Positions 29,805 through 40,130 of a DNA stretch of 64,000 nt are shown piece after piece. The position numbers and the translations under genes are program-made. The notes below the pieces were generated by a model. The model worked only from the letters and a program-made list of their open reading frames with translations. It was not told the origin of the DNA and searched no databases. The DNA lies in NCBI GenBank assembly GCA_965205655.1, contig CBDBIJ010000022.1:64001-128000 (forward strand). Reading direction: 5' to 3'. Each line of letters begins with the position of its first letter. The first letter of the stretch is position 1. This DNA comes from Candidatus Latescibacterota bacterium (GTDB taxonomy: Bacteria; Latescibacterota; UBA2968; UBA8231).

Positions 29805-31178
29805 GAGCTAGGGTCAAATGGTGTGTAAACGACTCAGGCGGCGATCTTCTTCCTTTGCGCGATGGGTGATCCGTTTTCGTAGCACTCCCCGGCGTAGACG
29901 TCAGCCATGAGATGCGGTGCATTGAGTCGCCGGAATCGTTTCTCGGCCACCATCAGTACCCGCCAAATGAGGGCGGTGGCATTGGCCACCTTCCTGTATC
30001 GTTTGGCCGCATTGGTTCGCAACCGTACCGAAGCGAAGGGACTTTCGACGACGTTGGTGGTGCGCAGGTGTTGCCAGTGGGCCTCGGGAAAGTCGTAGAA
30101 TGTCACCATACGGTCCCAATCGCGCTCAAGGATATCGACGGCGTCTGGACACTCGCGGCGAAACCGTTTGGCGAATTGATCGCGACGTTTCGTCGCTTCC
30201 TGACGGGTCGGCGCGTACGGGAGCTGTGTCAGCAGGTGCCGCGCTTCGGCCTGCACGCGTTTTGGCAGCTTATCCAGCACGTTCAGGATGCGGTGATTCC
30301 AGCATCGCTGTTCAGCCGTCTCCGGCCAGACCTCTGCCAGGGCCGCCCAGATACCCAGGTGCCCATCCGCCACCAACAACTTCGCCACGCTCAGTCCGCG
30401 GTCACGCAGATCGCGCAGTACGCCCGCCCACGACTCTTCGATTCGCGATAGCCCGGGACAATCGTCAGGACTTCTTTGCGCCCATCGCTCATCGCGCCGA
30501 TGACCACCAGGAGAGCGGCTTTTTGCTTCTCAAGACCGGCTTTGACGTAGATCCCGTCCGCCCAGGCGTAGACGAGCTCGCGGGATCCAGTCGTCGGCTG
30601 CGCCAGGCGTTGTATTCGACGATCCACTTCTCACGCAAACGAGCGATCGAGGACGCCGACAAAGGCGCTCCCTTGCCCAGCAGGCCGCGCAGCGCCAGCT
30701 CGAAGTCGCCCTGAGACAAACCGTGCAGGTAAAGCTCTGGCAGCAGCTGACCTATTTCTTGGGTGCGCCGGGCGAACAGCGGCAGTACCGCACTCTCAAA
30801 TCGCTCTTCCAGACCCCGCACCCGAGGGCGTTTCACCTCGATCGTGCCCGAGGTCAAGGACAGTCGCCGCCGCTTCCCGTACCCATTGCGGTAGCCGCCG
30901 GCTGCGTCCAACGGTGCCTGTCGCTCGTACCGTGACCGTCCCAGCGCATGGGTGACTTCTTCATCCAGAACCGACTGCATCAGCGACTGAATCTGCGAGC
31001 GTGTCCACTCTTCCAGCGTTTCGAACGTGGGCATGGACATTTCCGTCGTGCTCGGCTTAGGTTGTGCCATGGCGATTCTCCTCTTCCTGCCGGGATAGCC
31101 CCGGCGTTTGTGATGGCTAATTACAAAGGAAGGGTAGGATCGCCGTCTGTCTATTTCCACACCTTCTGATTATAGCTC
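29805..31178 (-). mobile_element. IS256-family insertion sequence (no target duplication visible)
   Basis: Imperfect TIRs GAGCTAGGGTCAAATGGTGTGTAAA / GAGCTATAATCAGAAGGTGTGGAAA flank the transposase. Confidence 0.88.
29834..31070 (-). pseudogene. IS256 (mutator-type) transposase with two frameshifts
   Basis: YRNGY, YLHGLS, WADG, VADG, QRCWNH and LRTTNVVES spread over three ORFs. Breaks near 30585 and 30435. Confidence 0.9.
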
Positions 31179-31206
31179 ACACAAAGGCGGATATCTACCT
31201 GGCAAA

Positions 31207-31234
31207 GTTGAACATTGGCAGTTGAACATTGGCA
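31207..31234. repeat. Perfect 14-bp tandem direct repeat (GTTGAACATTGGCA x2)
   Basis: Read directly from the intergenic sequence upstream of the cyclodeaminase gene. Confidence 0.85.
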
Positions 31235-31297
31235 AATGACCTGCGGCCATAAGTCGATTTTGTACTTCCTATTCGTCAGTCCGAGGCGGCGGGTTCC

Positions 31298-32275
31298 GTG
31301 AGCGTCGAAGACCGGCTCCTCTATCTGAGCCAACAGGACGTAGAGGCGGTGAACCTCGAGATGCCGGAGATCATCGAGGCTCTGGATCGCATGTTCGTCG
31401 AAAAGGGGCAGGGGCGCGTCGAGATGCCGCCAAAGCCGGGCATTCACACCCGCCGGGATGCCTTCATTCACGCCATGCCCGCCTACATCCCGAGTCTCGA
31501 AGCGGCGGGAATGAAGTGGATTTCCGGTTATCCGGACAATCAGGCGAAGGGACTGCCCTACATTACCGGGCTCCTCATCCTCAACGATCCGGAAACCGGT
31601 GTTCCCCTCTCCGTCATGGACGCGACCTGGATCACCGCCAAACGCACCGGCGCCGCAACGGCGGTGGCGGCCAGATACTTCGCACGCGCCGACAGCTCGA
31701 CTGTCGGCATCCTCGCCTGCGGCGTCCAGGGTCGCAGCAATCTCGAGGCGCTGGCCACGATCTTCGACCTGACCAGAGTCAAGGCGTACGACATTCGCGA
31801 AGACGCGGCGGCCTCCTTTGCTCGGGAGATGGGTGCTCAACTGGAGCTCGATATCGAAGTTGTGGACGAGCCAAGGCAGGCCGTTGTCGATCTGGATCTC
31901 GTCGTCACCAGCGGACCGATCCTCAAAGATCCGACACCGGCGATCGAGCCGGACTGGCTGTCCGAGGGCAGCTTTGCCAGCCCCGTCGACTTCGACTCCT
32001 ACTGGCAGGGGGACGCCCTGCGACAGGCGGACAAACTGTCGACGGATGATATGGCGCAGATGAGCTACTACCGGCAGGCCGGATACTTTCAGGACACGCC
32101 CGAGCCGTTTGCCGATCTCGGCGAGATCGCCGCCGGCCTCAAACCGGGCCGCGAACATGACGGCGAGCGCTCCATCTGCATCAATCTCGGCATCGCCCTC
32201 GACGACATGGCGACGGCAATCGTCGTTTACAGGAAAGCGGTCGCGCAGGGGATCGGCACCGAACTACCCTTCTGA
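31298..32275 (+). CDS. Ornithine cyclodeaminase / mu-crystallin family
   Basis: MPPK, HAMPAY, GMKWISGYPDN, ITAKRTGA, ACGVQG, NLGIALDD. Confidence 0.92.
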   Translation: MSVEDRLLYLSQQDVEAVNLEMPEIIEALDRMFVEKGQGRVEMPPKPGIHTRRDAFIHAMPAYIPSLEAAGMKWISGYPDNQAKGLPYITGLLILNDPETGVPLSVMDATWITAKRTGAATAVAARYFARADSSTVGILACGVQGRSNLEALATIFDLTRVKAYDIREDAAASFAREMGAQLELDIEVVDEPRQAVVDLDLVVTSGPILKDPTPAIEPDWLSEGSFASPVDFDSYWQGDALRQADKLSTDDMAQMSYYRQAGYFQDTPEPFADLGEIAAGLKPGREHDGERSICINLGIALDDMATAIVVYRKAVAQGIGTELPF

Positions 32276-34168
32276 GGTCTTTCGCGGGTACCCGACGGCC
32301 GCAAGCGCGACTGCAATTTCTTCAAGAATATCCGGATCGTCGATGGTAGCGGGAATTTGATACTCCACCCCGTCGGCGATCTTTTTCATCGTCCCCCTCA
32401 GAATCTTGCCCGAACGAGTCTTTGGCAGGCGCTCGACGACTGCCGCCGTCTTGAACGACGCGACCGGCCCGATCTGATCGCGAATCATCTGGATCAGCTC
32501 CTTCACGATTTTCGGGTGCGGGCGCTCGACGCCGGCATTGAGCACAACGGCACCGAGCGGGATTTCGCCCTTGAGCTCGTCAGCAACACCGAGAACGGCG
32601 CATTCTGCGATGTCGGGATGTGAGGATAGCACTTCTTCCAACGCCCCGGTTGAGAGGCGATGGCCGGCGACATTTATGATGTCGTCGGTGCGACTCATGA
32701 TCCACAGATAGCCATCCTCGTCCTTGTAACCGGCGTCCGCGGTCTTGTAGTAGCCCGGGAAATCGCTCAAGTAGGAGCTGCGATAGCCGTCGTCGTTCTG
32801 CCACAGCGTCGGCAGACAGCCGGGCGGCAGGGGCAGGTGGATCCCGACGCTGCCGATGTTGCCGGCCGCCACCTCTTCCACGCTTTCGTCCAGCACGCGC
32901 ACGTCAAAACCGGGAACGGGCACGCCGGCCGAACCGGGCTTGATCGGCAACAACTCGATACCGACGGGGTTGGCGCAGATCGGCCAGCCAGTTTCCGTTT
33001 GCCACCAGTGATCGATGACGGGCACGCCGAGTTTGTCCCGCGCCCAGTTCAGGGTGTCCGAATCGCAGCGCTCGCCGGCCAGAAAGAGCGTGCGAAAGTG
33101 ACTCATGTCGTATTTGGCGACGAACTCGCCATCTGGATCATCCCTCTTGATGGCGCGAAAAGCCGTTGGAGCCGTAAACAGCACTTTGACGTCGTGCTCG
33201 GAGATGACACGCCAGAAGGCCCCCGGATCCGGCGTACCGACCGGCTTGCCCTCGTAGAGCACAGTGGTACAACCGCGGAAGAGCGGTCCATAGACAATGT
33301 AGGAATGCCCGACGACCCACCCGACGTCGGAGGCCGCCCAATAGACATCGCCGCAGTCGACGCCGTAGATGGCTTCCATGCTCCAAGTGAGTGCCACGAG
33401 GTGTCCTCCGTTGTCCCGCACGACACCCTTGGGAACCCCGGTGGTACCGGAGGTGTAGAGTATGTAGAGCGGATCGGTGGCGGCGACGGGTATGCAGTCC
33501 ACTGGCTGAGCGCTCGCCATTGTTTCTGCCCAGTCTACGTCCCGTCCGCTTATCAGGGATGCCGCTTCCTGTGGCCGCTGCAAGACGACGCACTTTTGAG
33601 GTTTGTGTGAGGCCGTCTCGATGGCTGCATCGAGCAGGGGTTTGTAAGAGACGACGCGGGCGACCTCGATACCACAGGATGCGGAGACGATGACCTTGGG
33701 CCGGGCGTCGTCAATACGAGTGGCCAACTCTTTGGAAGCAAAACCGCCAAACACGACGGAGTGGATGGCACCTATGCGCGCGCAGGCCAGCATGGCCACG
33801 ACCGTCTCAGGAACCATGGGCATGTAAACGATCACGCGATCGCCTTTAGCTACGCCGAGAGAATCTAACACCCCGGCGAACAGAGATACCTGCTCGAGAA
33901 GCTCCCCATAGGTGAGTCGCTTCACCGTGTCGGTGACAGGGCTGTCGTACACGAGAGCGAGCTGATCCGCGCGGCCGGCTTCACAGTGGCGATCGAGTGC
34001 GTTGTAGCACGTATTGACCTGAGCCCCTGCGAACCAGCGACTGAGCGGCCTGTTCGAGCTGTCGAGCACTTGGTCCCAGCGCTTGTACCACGAGACGCGG
34101 TCTGCCGCATCTTCCCAGAAGCTTTCCGGATCCTTGCGCCAGCGGCTGTAGGTCTGCTGGTAGTTCAT
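32264..34168 (-). CDS. prpE: Propionyl-CoA synthetase
   Basis: NTCYNALDRH, YILYTSGTTGVPKG, SDVGWVVGHSY, LFLAGE, DHWWQTETG, VAGHRLST, PKTRSGKILR. Confidence 0.9.
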   Translation of the reverse strand: MNYQQTYSRWRKDPESFWEDAADRVSWYKRWDQVLDSSNRPLSRWFAGAQVNTCYNALDRHCEAGRADQLALVYDSPVTDTVKRLTYGELLEQVSLFAGVLDSLGVAKGDRVIVYMPMVPETVVAMLACARIGAIHSVVFGGFASKELATRIDDARPKVIVSASCGIEVARVVSYKPLLDAAIETASHKPQKCVVLQRPQEAASLISGRDVDWAETMASAQPVDCIPVAATDPLYILYTSGTTGVPKGVVRDNGGHLVALTWSMEAIYGVDCGDVYWAASDVGWVVGHSYIVYGPLFRGCTTVLYEGKPVGTPDPGAFWRVISEHDVKVLFTAPTAFRAIKRDDPDGEFVAKYDMSHFRTLFLAGERCDSDTLNWARDKLGVPVIDHWWQTETGWPICANPVGIELLPIKPGSAGVPVPGFDVRVLDESVEEVAAGNIGSVGIHLPLPPGCLPTLWQNDDGYRSSYLSDFPGYYKTADAGYKDEDGYLWIMSRTDDIINVAGHRLSTGALEEVLSSHPDIAECAVLGVADELKGEIPLGAVVLNAGVERPHPKIVKELIQMIRDQIGPVASFKTAAVVERLPKTRSGKILRGTMKKIADGVEYQIPATIDDPDILEEIAVALAAVGYPRKTSEG

Positions 34169-34259
34169 GCTTGCGTTGAGTAGATCACCGATAACAGCAC
34201 TTCGTGAACGATGAAGGGTCGGTAGTATCGCTCGAAGATCAGTCCCTGTCGAGCAGGTG

Positions 34260-34287
34260 TTGACATCGAGCAGCTGCCCTATACTAT
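34260..34287 (+). promoter_or_regulatory. Putative sigma70 promoter for the downstream PhyH gene
   Basis: TTGACA-N16-TACTAT in an intergenic region. Confidence 0.5.
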
Positions 34288-34344
34288 CGACACCGCGCCC
34301 TATCCTAGAAAAGCAATAGACTCAACTCGCCACCGGCCTGTCGA

Positions 34345-35145
34345 ATGCCCGCAGCACTGCCACTCGTCGCCCACGACCATCCCGAGGCCCGGCTCAGGGT
34401 GCTCGAGACGGATGGGTTCGCCTACTTTCCGAAAGCGGTCTCTTCTGCAGAAGCGAGCGAACTCCGAGCGGCGATGGATCGTCTCGCCGCGATTCCGGAG
34501 AGCTACGACAGACACCGCACTCCTGAAGAGGGCGGGTTCCTCCACAAGTCGATCAACAACGCCTTCAACAGGGACCCGATCTTTCTGCCGTTCCTCGACC
34601 GGCGGGAAATCATCGAGTTGGCCGAGGCGGCCCACGGCGAGGATTGCCACGTCATCGGCATGACAGCCTTGATGACCGGTCCCGGGCGCCCCGATCAGGG
34701 GTTGCACATCGATTATCTCGCGGCGCCGCTTCCCGAAGACATCATGCGAGATCCGCGGGTCAGCTTGCCGATCTTCATCAGTACCGCGCACTTCTACCTG
34801 GATGACATGTATCCGGAATTGGGGCCGACGAGCTTCGTCCCCGGGAGCCACCGGTCCGGGCGCTCGCCGGACGGCGATACTTCATGGCAGGGCGTGGCTG
34901 AGCAGAGTATTCTGTGCGAGGCCGGCGACGCGGTCGTGTTTCGGAGCGAGGTCTGGCACCGCGGTACGGCAAATACGAGTGACCAGGTGCGCTACCTGCT
35001 CCAGGTTCACTACGCCCGCCGCATGATCACGCAAAAGTTTCCGCCCTACCTCAACGGATTTCAGTTCGACGAGTCCATTCTGGCGCGGGCGACACCGCGC
35101 CAGCTGCGACTACTCGGCGATCATCCGCACAGCAGCTACGATTAG
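34345..35145 (+). CDS. PhyH family Fe(II)/2OG dioxygenase
   Basis: LETDGF, LHID, FYLDD, FVPGSH, AGDAVVFRSEVWHRGTAN...R. Confidence 0.9.
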   Translation: MPAALPLVAHDHPEARLRVLETDGFAYFPKAVSSAEASELRAAMDRLAAIPESYDRHRTPEEGGFLHKSINNAFNRDPIFLPFLDRREIIELAEAAHGEDCHVIGMTALMTGPGRPDQGLHIDYLAAPLPEDIMRDPRVSLPIFISTAHFYLDDMYPELGPTSFVPGSHRSGRSPDGDTSWQGVAEQSILCEAGDAVVFRSEVWHRGTANTSDQVRYLLQVHYARRMITQKFPPYLNGFQFDESILARATPRQLRLLGDHPHSSYD

Positions 35146-36275
35146 TGCCGCATCGTTGCCTTGGTCCCTGGACTGATGGCCGGAAAGTAAACCCACAGGT
35201 GGTTGATGCGTTCGTGCTGGCCGAAGTAGATCTCTCCCCCCGCACCCGTCGCGGCACAGCGAAAGACATAGCCGTACTGCCTGACGCTTAGTATGCTGAC
35301 GGCGATGCTCAAGTTGCGGACTGTGCCGACGCCGGGGTCGTAGCAGAACAGATGGCCGATGTCGTCGTTCTCTCCGGCGTGGCCGAAAACCCGCCCGTCG
35401 TGACCGACTGCAAGACATCCGATTCCGTCGAGCCGTGAGACTTTGCCGATCGTCGCGAGGCGCCGACGTTGCGGATCTAGCGTGAACAGCAGACCGTCGG
35501 GGTCAGTGCCACCATAGACGACTCCACTGTGGCGATCCACGGCCCAGGTTACGGTCTGCGGTCGACCGGACTCCAGCGTGGGCAGAAATTGACCTGTGCA
35601 TTCAACGCGTTCGTCGGTGACGTCGCAAACCCACAGTTCACCGTTTGCTGATGCGCCCCAGACGCGACCGCTCTCGTAGGCCACAAGTCGGTCGCGCGCG
35701 GAGATCGGTCCCTCTACCTGGCCGACCGTGCGCAGCTCGTGGCTATCCATCGGAATCAGGAAAACCGCTCCATCCTCAGCAATGCCTGCGATAGCTGATC
35801 CGTCGAGCACCGGTAGTGAGTGGACTACCCTTGTCGACTCGAATAGGTCGCAGACCTTGCTCGGGTTGGAACGGCCGGCCAGGGCCCATTCCTGGATGAG
35901 CCCGCGCATGGCCGTCGCCTCGACGCGCCACAGCGCCGATCCGGAAGCACTGGAGGCGACGACAAACAGCTCGTTTTCCGACCCTTCATTCACGGCCATG
36001 CCGTCGACGGATGTCGCCTCCGGGATCACGGCGGCGTCGCGCATGGCGCCCGTCTCTCCGTGAATGGAACCGACCAGGACGTGGGCGCGCGCGCCGCTCG
36101 TGCCACAGTAAATCTGCCTGTCCGCACCGATCAGGATGGAATTCAGCGCCGTCTCACCGGCCGGCGGTGGTTGGGATTGACCTGGCAGGCATAAAGGCTG
36201 CGCCACGAGGACCCCCTCGGTGAGCGTATCAGCGGCGGGGTCGTGATCAATGCGGACGGTCTTTGCGCGGGCCAT
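35142..36275 (-). CDS. Hypothetical beta-propeller protein
   Basis: Repeated blade-like units (GADRQIYCGT, ESGRVWG, SGVVYGGT, HDGRVFG, HLFCYDP, GGEIYFG). Confidence 0.7.
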   Translation of the reverse strand: MARAKTVRIDHDPAADTLTEGVLVAQPLCLPGQSQPPPAGETALNSILIGADRQIYCGTSGARAHVLVGSIHGETGAMRDAAVIPEATSVDGMAVNEGSENELFVVASSASGSALWRVEATAMRGLIQEWALAGRSNPSKVCDLFESTRVVHSLPVLDGSAIAGIAEDGAVFLIPMDSHELRTVGQVEGPISARDRLVAYESGRVWGASANGELWVCDVTDERVECTGQFLPTLESGRPQTVTWAVDRHSGVVYGGTDPDGLLFTLDPQRRRLATIGKVSRLDGIGCLAVGHDGRVFGHAGENDDIGHLFCYDPGVGTVRNLSIAVSILSVRQYGYVFRCAATGAGGEIYFGQHERINHLWVYFPAISPGTKATMRH

Positions 36276-36284
36276 CGACGATCG

Positions 36285-37502
36285 CTACCCCCACGTTCTC
36301 AACGGCTCGTGCAGGTCGTCACCCTCGGACGGCCGCGGCAGGCGCGCGATTCCAGCCGGAAAAGGCACGGCCAGCATGCCAAAAAACAGATTGCCGAATC
36401 GATCACGGGCGCCGCGTGAGACATAGAACGACTTGCGGCCCGGTTGCTCGAAATGGGCCACGTCATGACGCTCGAGCGTTTCCGTGTCCATTTGCACGAC
36501 CACACCGTAGACCGAATCGTCGTTCGGCAGAGGGTCTTCCTCAGGCCAGCGATTGGCTCCGTAGTAGAGCATGCCGTCGGCGCCGAAGACCAGTCCGCCG
36601 CAGTGATCGTTACCGAACGCCATCAGTGCTGTGCGATCTCGGTCCTGGTGCACGGGTCCCAGGTCCTCCATTCGCCCGCGCGGTCCGTCTTCGGGCCAGT
36701 AGCGGAACAGGTGCGGGTCGATCGCCCACGGCACACCGTATACGCATTCGCCGTCGGGCGAGCTCACGACGTCGTAGAGGACGTTGTGCCAGTTGCACAG
36801 ACTCGGGTTATGAGGGACGAACACGGGCAGCTCTTCCAAGGTGTCGCTGTCCGGATCGTAGCGCACGATTTGTCCCTGGTCGTTCGAGGTGAACACCCGG
36901 CCGCGGCGATCGGTGAAAATCGCCTGGGAGTTGACCGAGCCCAGACGGCCCAGGCTGCGGATCTCGCGTTTCGCCAGGTCGAAGATCCAGAAGTGATCGC
37001 GCGGGTAGGAAATCGCGTAGAGGCGTGCGCGCTCCTCGTCGAGCGCCAGGCACCGGCAGCCTTCGCGCGGAATGAACTCGCTCGTCCAGGCCACTTCGTC
37101 GCGGTGCACATCGTAGGCGACGAGCCACGATGCGGGAAAAGCAGTTGCGGCGTTCTTCCATTCCGACCAGGGCGAGTACTTGTCACGGCCGTAACCCGGA
37201 GCGCTCAGATGAGTCGCCGCAAAGAGGATACCATCCCGCTGCGACGGCGCGAAGCTGTAGTGGATCTTGCACTGAGTCGCCCGCCCCGAATCCCAGGGTT
37301 CGTCGACGACTCGGGCGATGTTGACTACCTGGTCGAGTGAATCCGTCTCGTCGTTGTAGCGCAGCACATTGACCTGCCCGCCCGGCGTGTGCTCACAGCA
37401 CGCCGCGGCGTAGATGCGGCCATCCGGTCCCGTGTGTATGCTCCAGCAGGTATCAGCCAGCGGATCCAGATCGAATGAATAGAACTTGGCTAACTCCATC
37501 AT
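36285..37502 (-). CDS. Hypothetical beta-propeller protein
   Basis: GPDGRIY, TQCKIH, RGRVF, VRYDPD, SPDG, LFRY, GADGMLYY repeats. Confidence 0.75.
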   Translation of the reverse strand: MMELAKFYSFDLDPLADTCWSIHTGPDGRIYAAACCEHTPGGQVNVLRYNDETDSLDQVVNIARVVDEPWDSGRATQCKIHYSFAPSQRDGILFAATHLSAPGYGRDKYSPWSEWKNAATAFPASWLVAYDVHRDEVAWTSEFIPREGCRCLALDEERARLYAISYPRDHFWIFDLAKREIRSLGRLGSVNSQAIFTDRRGRVFTSNDQGQIVRYDPDSDTLEELPVFVPHNPSLCNWHNVLYDVVSSPDGECVYGVPWAIDPHLFRYWPEDGPRGRMEDLGPVHQDRDRTALMAFGNDHCGGLVFGADGMLYYGANRWPEEDPLPNDDSVYGVVVQMDTETLERHDVAHFEQPGRKSFYVSRGARDRFGNLFFGMLAVPFPAGIARLPRPSEGDDLHEPLRTWG

Positions 37503-37508
37503 TCCGCG

Positions 37509-37537
37509 ATCGTAGATACAAGACGATTATATGTCAA
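37509..37537 (-). promoter_or_regulatory. Sigma70 promoter positioned for a leaderless transcript
   Basis: Minus strand TTGACA-N17-TACGAT, then 6 nt to ATG 37502. No SD sequence in between. Confidence 0.6.
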
Positions 37538-37639
37538 CATTCTCTACATTGTGTTGTGCGGTCTCGAGCAGTGCAGCTGGTGTAAACTTCTCCGCGTCGA
37601 GTCCGTTTGAGTCCCCTCGGCCGGATTGGAGCACAGACC

Positions 37640-39883
37640 ATGAGCAAGGCTGGTAACATCAAGAGGGTCGGTTCGACGGCCCAGAGATTGAGGGAGTTGC
37701 CCTACGAGAAGCGCGTGTGCAAGGTCGAGAGCTATCCGCCTTGTTCCGAGTGGGATTTCGACGGTGATGGGCCCTCGGTAGAGGAGTACGTGGACTTTCT
37801 CGCCGATGTCGGTTTGGAGGTGCACACCATACAGGGAAGCCTGAATCGCGGCAGCCCCCGCTTTGCCTCCCAAATGCTCCCACCTCATCCACACCTGGAC
37901 TCCGATCCGCTTCCCAGGTTTCTGGAGCTGTGCCACGAAAAGGGGATCATCGTCCTGTCATACTACCCGCTGATCTTCAACAAACAGCTCAGGGCTGTCC
38001 ATCCCGAATGGCTCGTCAAGATGTTCGACGAGCCTTCACTCGATTTGCCCTACGGCAATCGCGGCTGGTGGTGTCTCAACTCGCCGTTCCGGGATTGGAT
38101 CGTCGACTACCTGAACGAGTTCCTCGACAACCTGGACCTCGACGGCTTCTACTTCGACGACACCAACATTGGATCCCATTCAGACCATCCACCCAACCCT
38201 CCCAGAGAGTACCCGGGCTGTCATTGCCAGTACTGTGAAAAGCTCTTCAGGGAGGATACCGGGCTCGCCATCCCCCGCAACGTCGACTTCGATTCCCTGA
38301 ACTTCAGGCGCTATCTGGGATGGCGCTATGAAAAACTGCGGGAATCCATCAGGTACATCTTCCATGGCATCAAGGATAAACACCCCGATGCCGTCCTCGA
38401 GTTCTACTTCTACACACGCCCCTCTACCGATTGGGTCAGGGGACATCCCCTCAATCCGTTCAATCTCGGCCTCGATGGGCTCGGCTACTCCTTTACCGAA
38501 ATGGAGCGTTCGCTGCGGGACACGGGCTACATCGGCAAAATCAACCGTGGCAAAGGCACCGAATACTCGCTGTTGCGCAGCGATCAGCAGAAACTGCTCG
38601 ATGTTGCTGGCGGAACGGGACCGTATCCGGAACCGTACGCCTTCATGACCCATGGCCTGAGCGCCATCGCCAACGGCGGCCGGGCGTTTGTGAACTTCAG
38701 GTATCCCCATTTGCAATGGGATGCCGTCAAGCAGGCGTTCGCGGAACTCAAGAAGCGCGCCGACTACATCGAGGGCGACACGGTCAAACATGTTGCCCTG
38801 CACTACTCAATGCTAAACCGGGATTTTCGTCCCAATCAGATGCCTAAAAATCTCGGCAAGGTAGGAGGGGCGTATGCACCAGAGGATACCTACGGTGTCT
38901 ACGAGATGCTCAACCGGTCGCACATTCTGGTCGACTTTCTGTTCGACGAACAGTTGACAATCGACGAGCTGTGCAAATATCCGCTGCTGTTCCTGTCAAA
39001 CAGCACCTGCCTCACAGACGAACAGTGTGAACAGATAAGGAAGTATGTCGAGGATGGCGGCACGCTTATCGCCACCTACGAAACCTCCCTCATGGACGAG
39101 CTGGGCAGGGCGCGTGATAACTTCGCCCTTGCCGACGTGCTCGGTGTGAACTACAGCGTGGGCACCTTCGTACACGAGGGGCGTCATCCGTGGCAGATCG
39201 CTCCGAAGAAGGGGATCACCTGCGTACCTCATGACGCGGACCTGAAGGCGGAATTCGGCTACCTGATCGTCTTTGCGGCGACCGACTGCGAAATCGTGCT
39301 CAGGCCGGAGTCAGATACCACAGTCCTGGCCACCAAGAGCACCTACCAGATTTCGCCACCGGGTGATATGCGCGCAGCCGACCGGGGTTTCGCGTGTTTT
39401 CGACCTGGTGAGAATTATGACTCCACCGAGCCGGCAGTGACGGTGAATCGCTTCGGCAAGGGCCGCGCCTTTTACATCGCCGCCGATGTTGGCGGCGGCT
39501 ATGTCCACAATCCGTATCCATTACTGAAACGATTGGTGGTCAATCTGGTTCGGCGCACCCAGGTCCCAATCGAGTTCGACGCTCCGCAGGCCATCGAGGT
39601 GACCGCTGCCTTCCGCGACTCCGGGGAGCTGATGATTCACCTGCTCAACAATCCAATGCCGTTCATACCTCCGTCGATCTCCGGCGAGCACATTTCCACA
39701 TACTGTTACCACGAGGAGATCGTTCCCGTCCGGGACGTCGGTATAAAGGTCAACGATATGAAGATCGAATCTGCGACGATGCCGCTGCAGAGCTGTACCC
39801 TGGAGGCCGGACAGGATGCCACGTATGTACTTGTACCGGAAGTGAAGCTACATGAGGTGGTTCTTCTGGAGCTTGCGGATTAG
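37640..39883 (+). CDS. GHL6/GH42-like glycoside hydrolase with beta-galactosidase trimerisation (GATase-like) domain
   Basis: LELCHEKGI, HPEW, CLNSP, DGFYFDD, GCHCQYC, VALHYS, YVEDGGTLIATYETSL, NRFGKGR. Confidence 0.75.
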   Translation: MSKAGNIKRVGSTAQRLRELPYEKRVCKVESYPPCSEWDFDGDGPSVEEYVDFLADVGLEVHTIQGSLNRGSPRFASQMLPPHPHLDSDPLPRFLELCHEKGIIVLSYYPLIFNKQLRAVHPEWLVKMFDEPSLDLPYGNRGWWCLNSPFRDWIVDYLNEFLDNLDLDGFYFDDTNIGSHSDHPPNPPREYPGCHCQYCEKLFREDTGLAIPRNVDFDSLNFRRYLGWRYEKLRESIRYIFHGIKDKHPDAVLEFYFYTRPSTDWVRGHPLNPFNLGLDGLGYSFTEMERSLRDTGYIGKINRGKGTEYSLLRSDQQKLLDVAGGTGPYPEPYAFMTHGLSAIANGGRAFVNFRYPHLQWDAVKQAFAELKKRADYIEGDTVKHVALHYSMLNRDFRPNQMPKNLGKVGGAYAPEDTYGVYEMLNRSHILVDFLFDEQLTIDELCKYPLLFLSNSTCLTDEQCEQIRKYVEDGGTLIATYETSLMDELGRARDNFALADVLGVNYSVGTFVHEGRHPWQIAPKKGITCVPHDADLKAEFGYLIVFAATDCEIVLRPESDTTVLATKSTYQISPPGDMRAADRGFACFRPGENYDSTEPAVTVNRFGKGRAFYIAADVGGGYVHNPYPLLKRLVVNLVRRTQVPIEFDAPQAIEVTAAFRDSGELMIHLLNNPMPFIPPSISGEHISTYCYHEEIVPVRDVGIKVNDMKIESATMPLQSCTLEAGQDATYVLVPEVKLHEVVLLELAD

Positions 39884-40130
39884 CTCAAGTCCGATTGACC
39901 CGCAGAATTTCAACCTCTTCTTCGATGCGCCTGACCTCTTTTTTGTCGTACTCATCCCGGGACTGTGCCACCTCTTCCCGAGTCGGCCTTGTTACCGGCC
40001 ACTGGTCATCGTTGGCCACGCGCCAGGCGAGCCGGGCGCTCAGAAACGCAACTTCTTTCATATCGATCGCCCTTACCTTGTCCGCTGTGTCGTGAGCCGA
40101 ATGGTAGAAACCTCTTGTGAGGCTCGTCTC

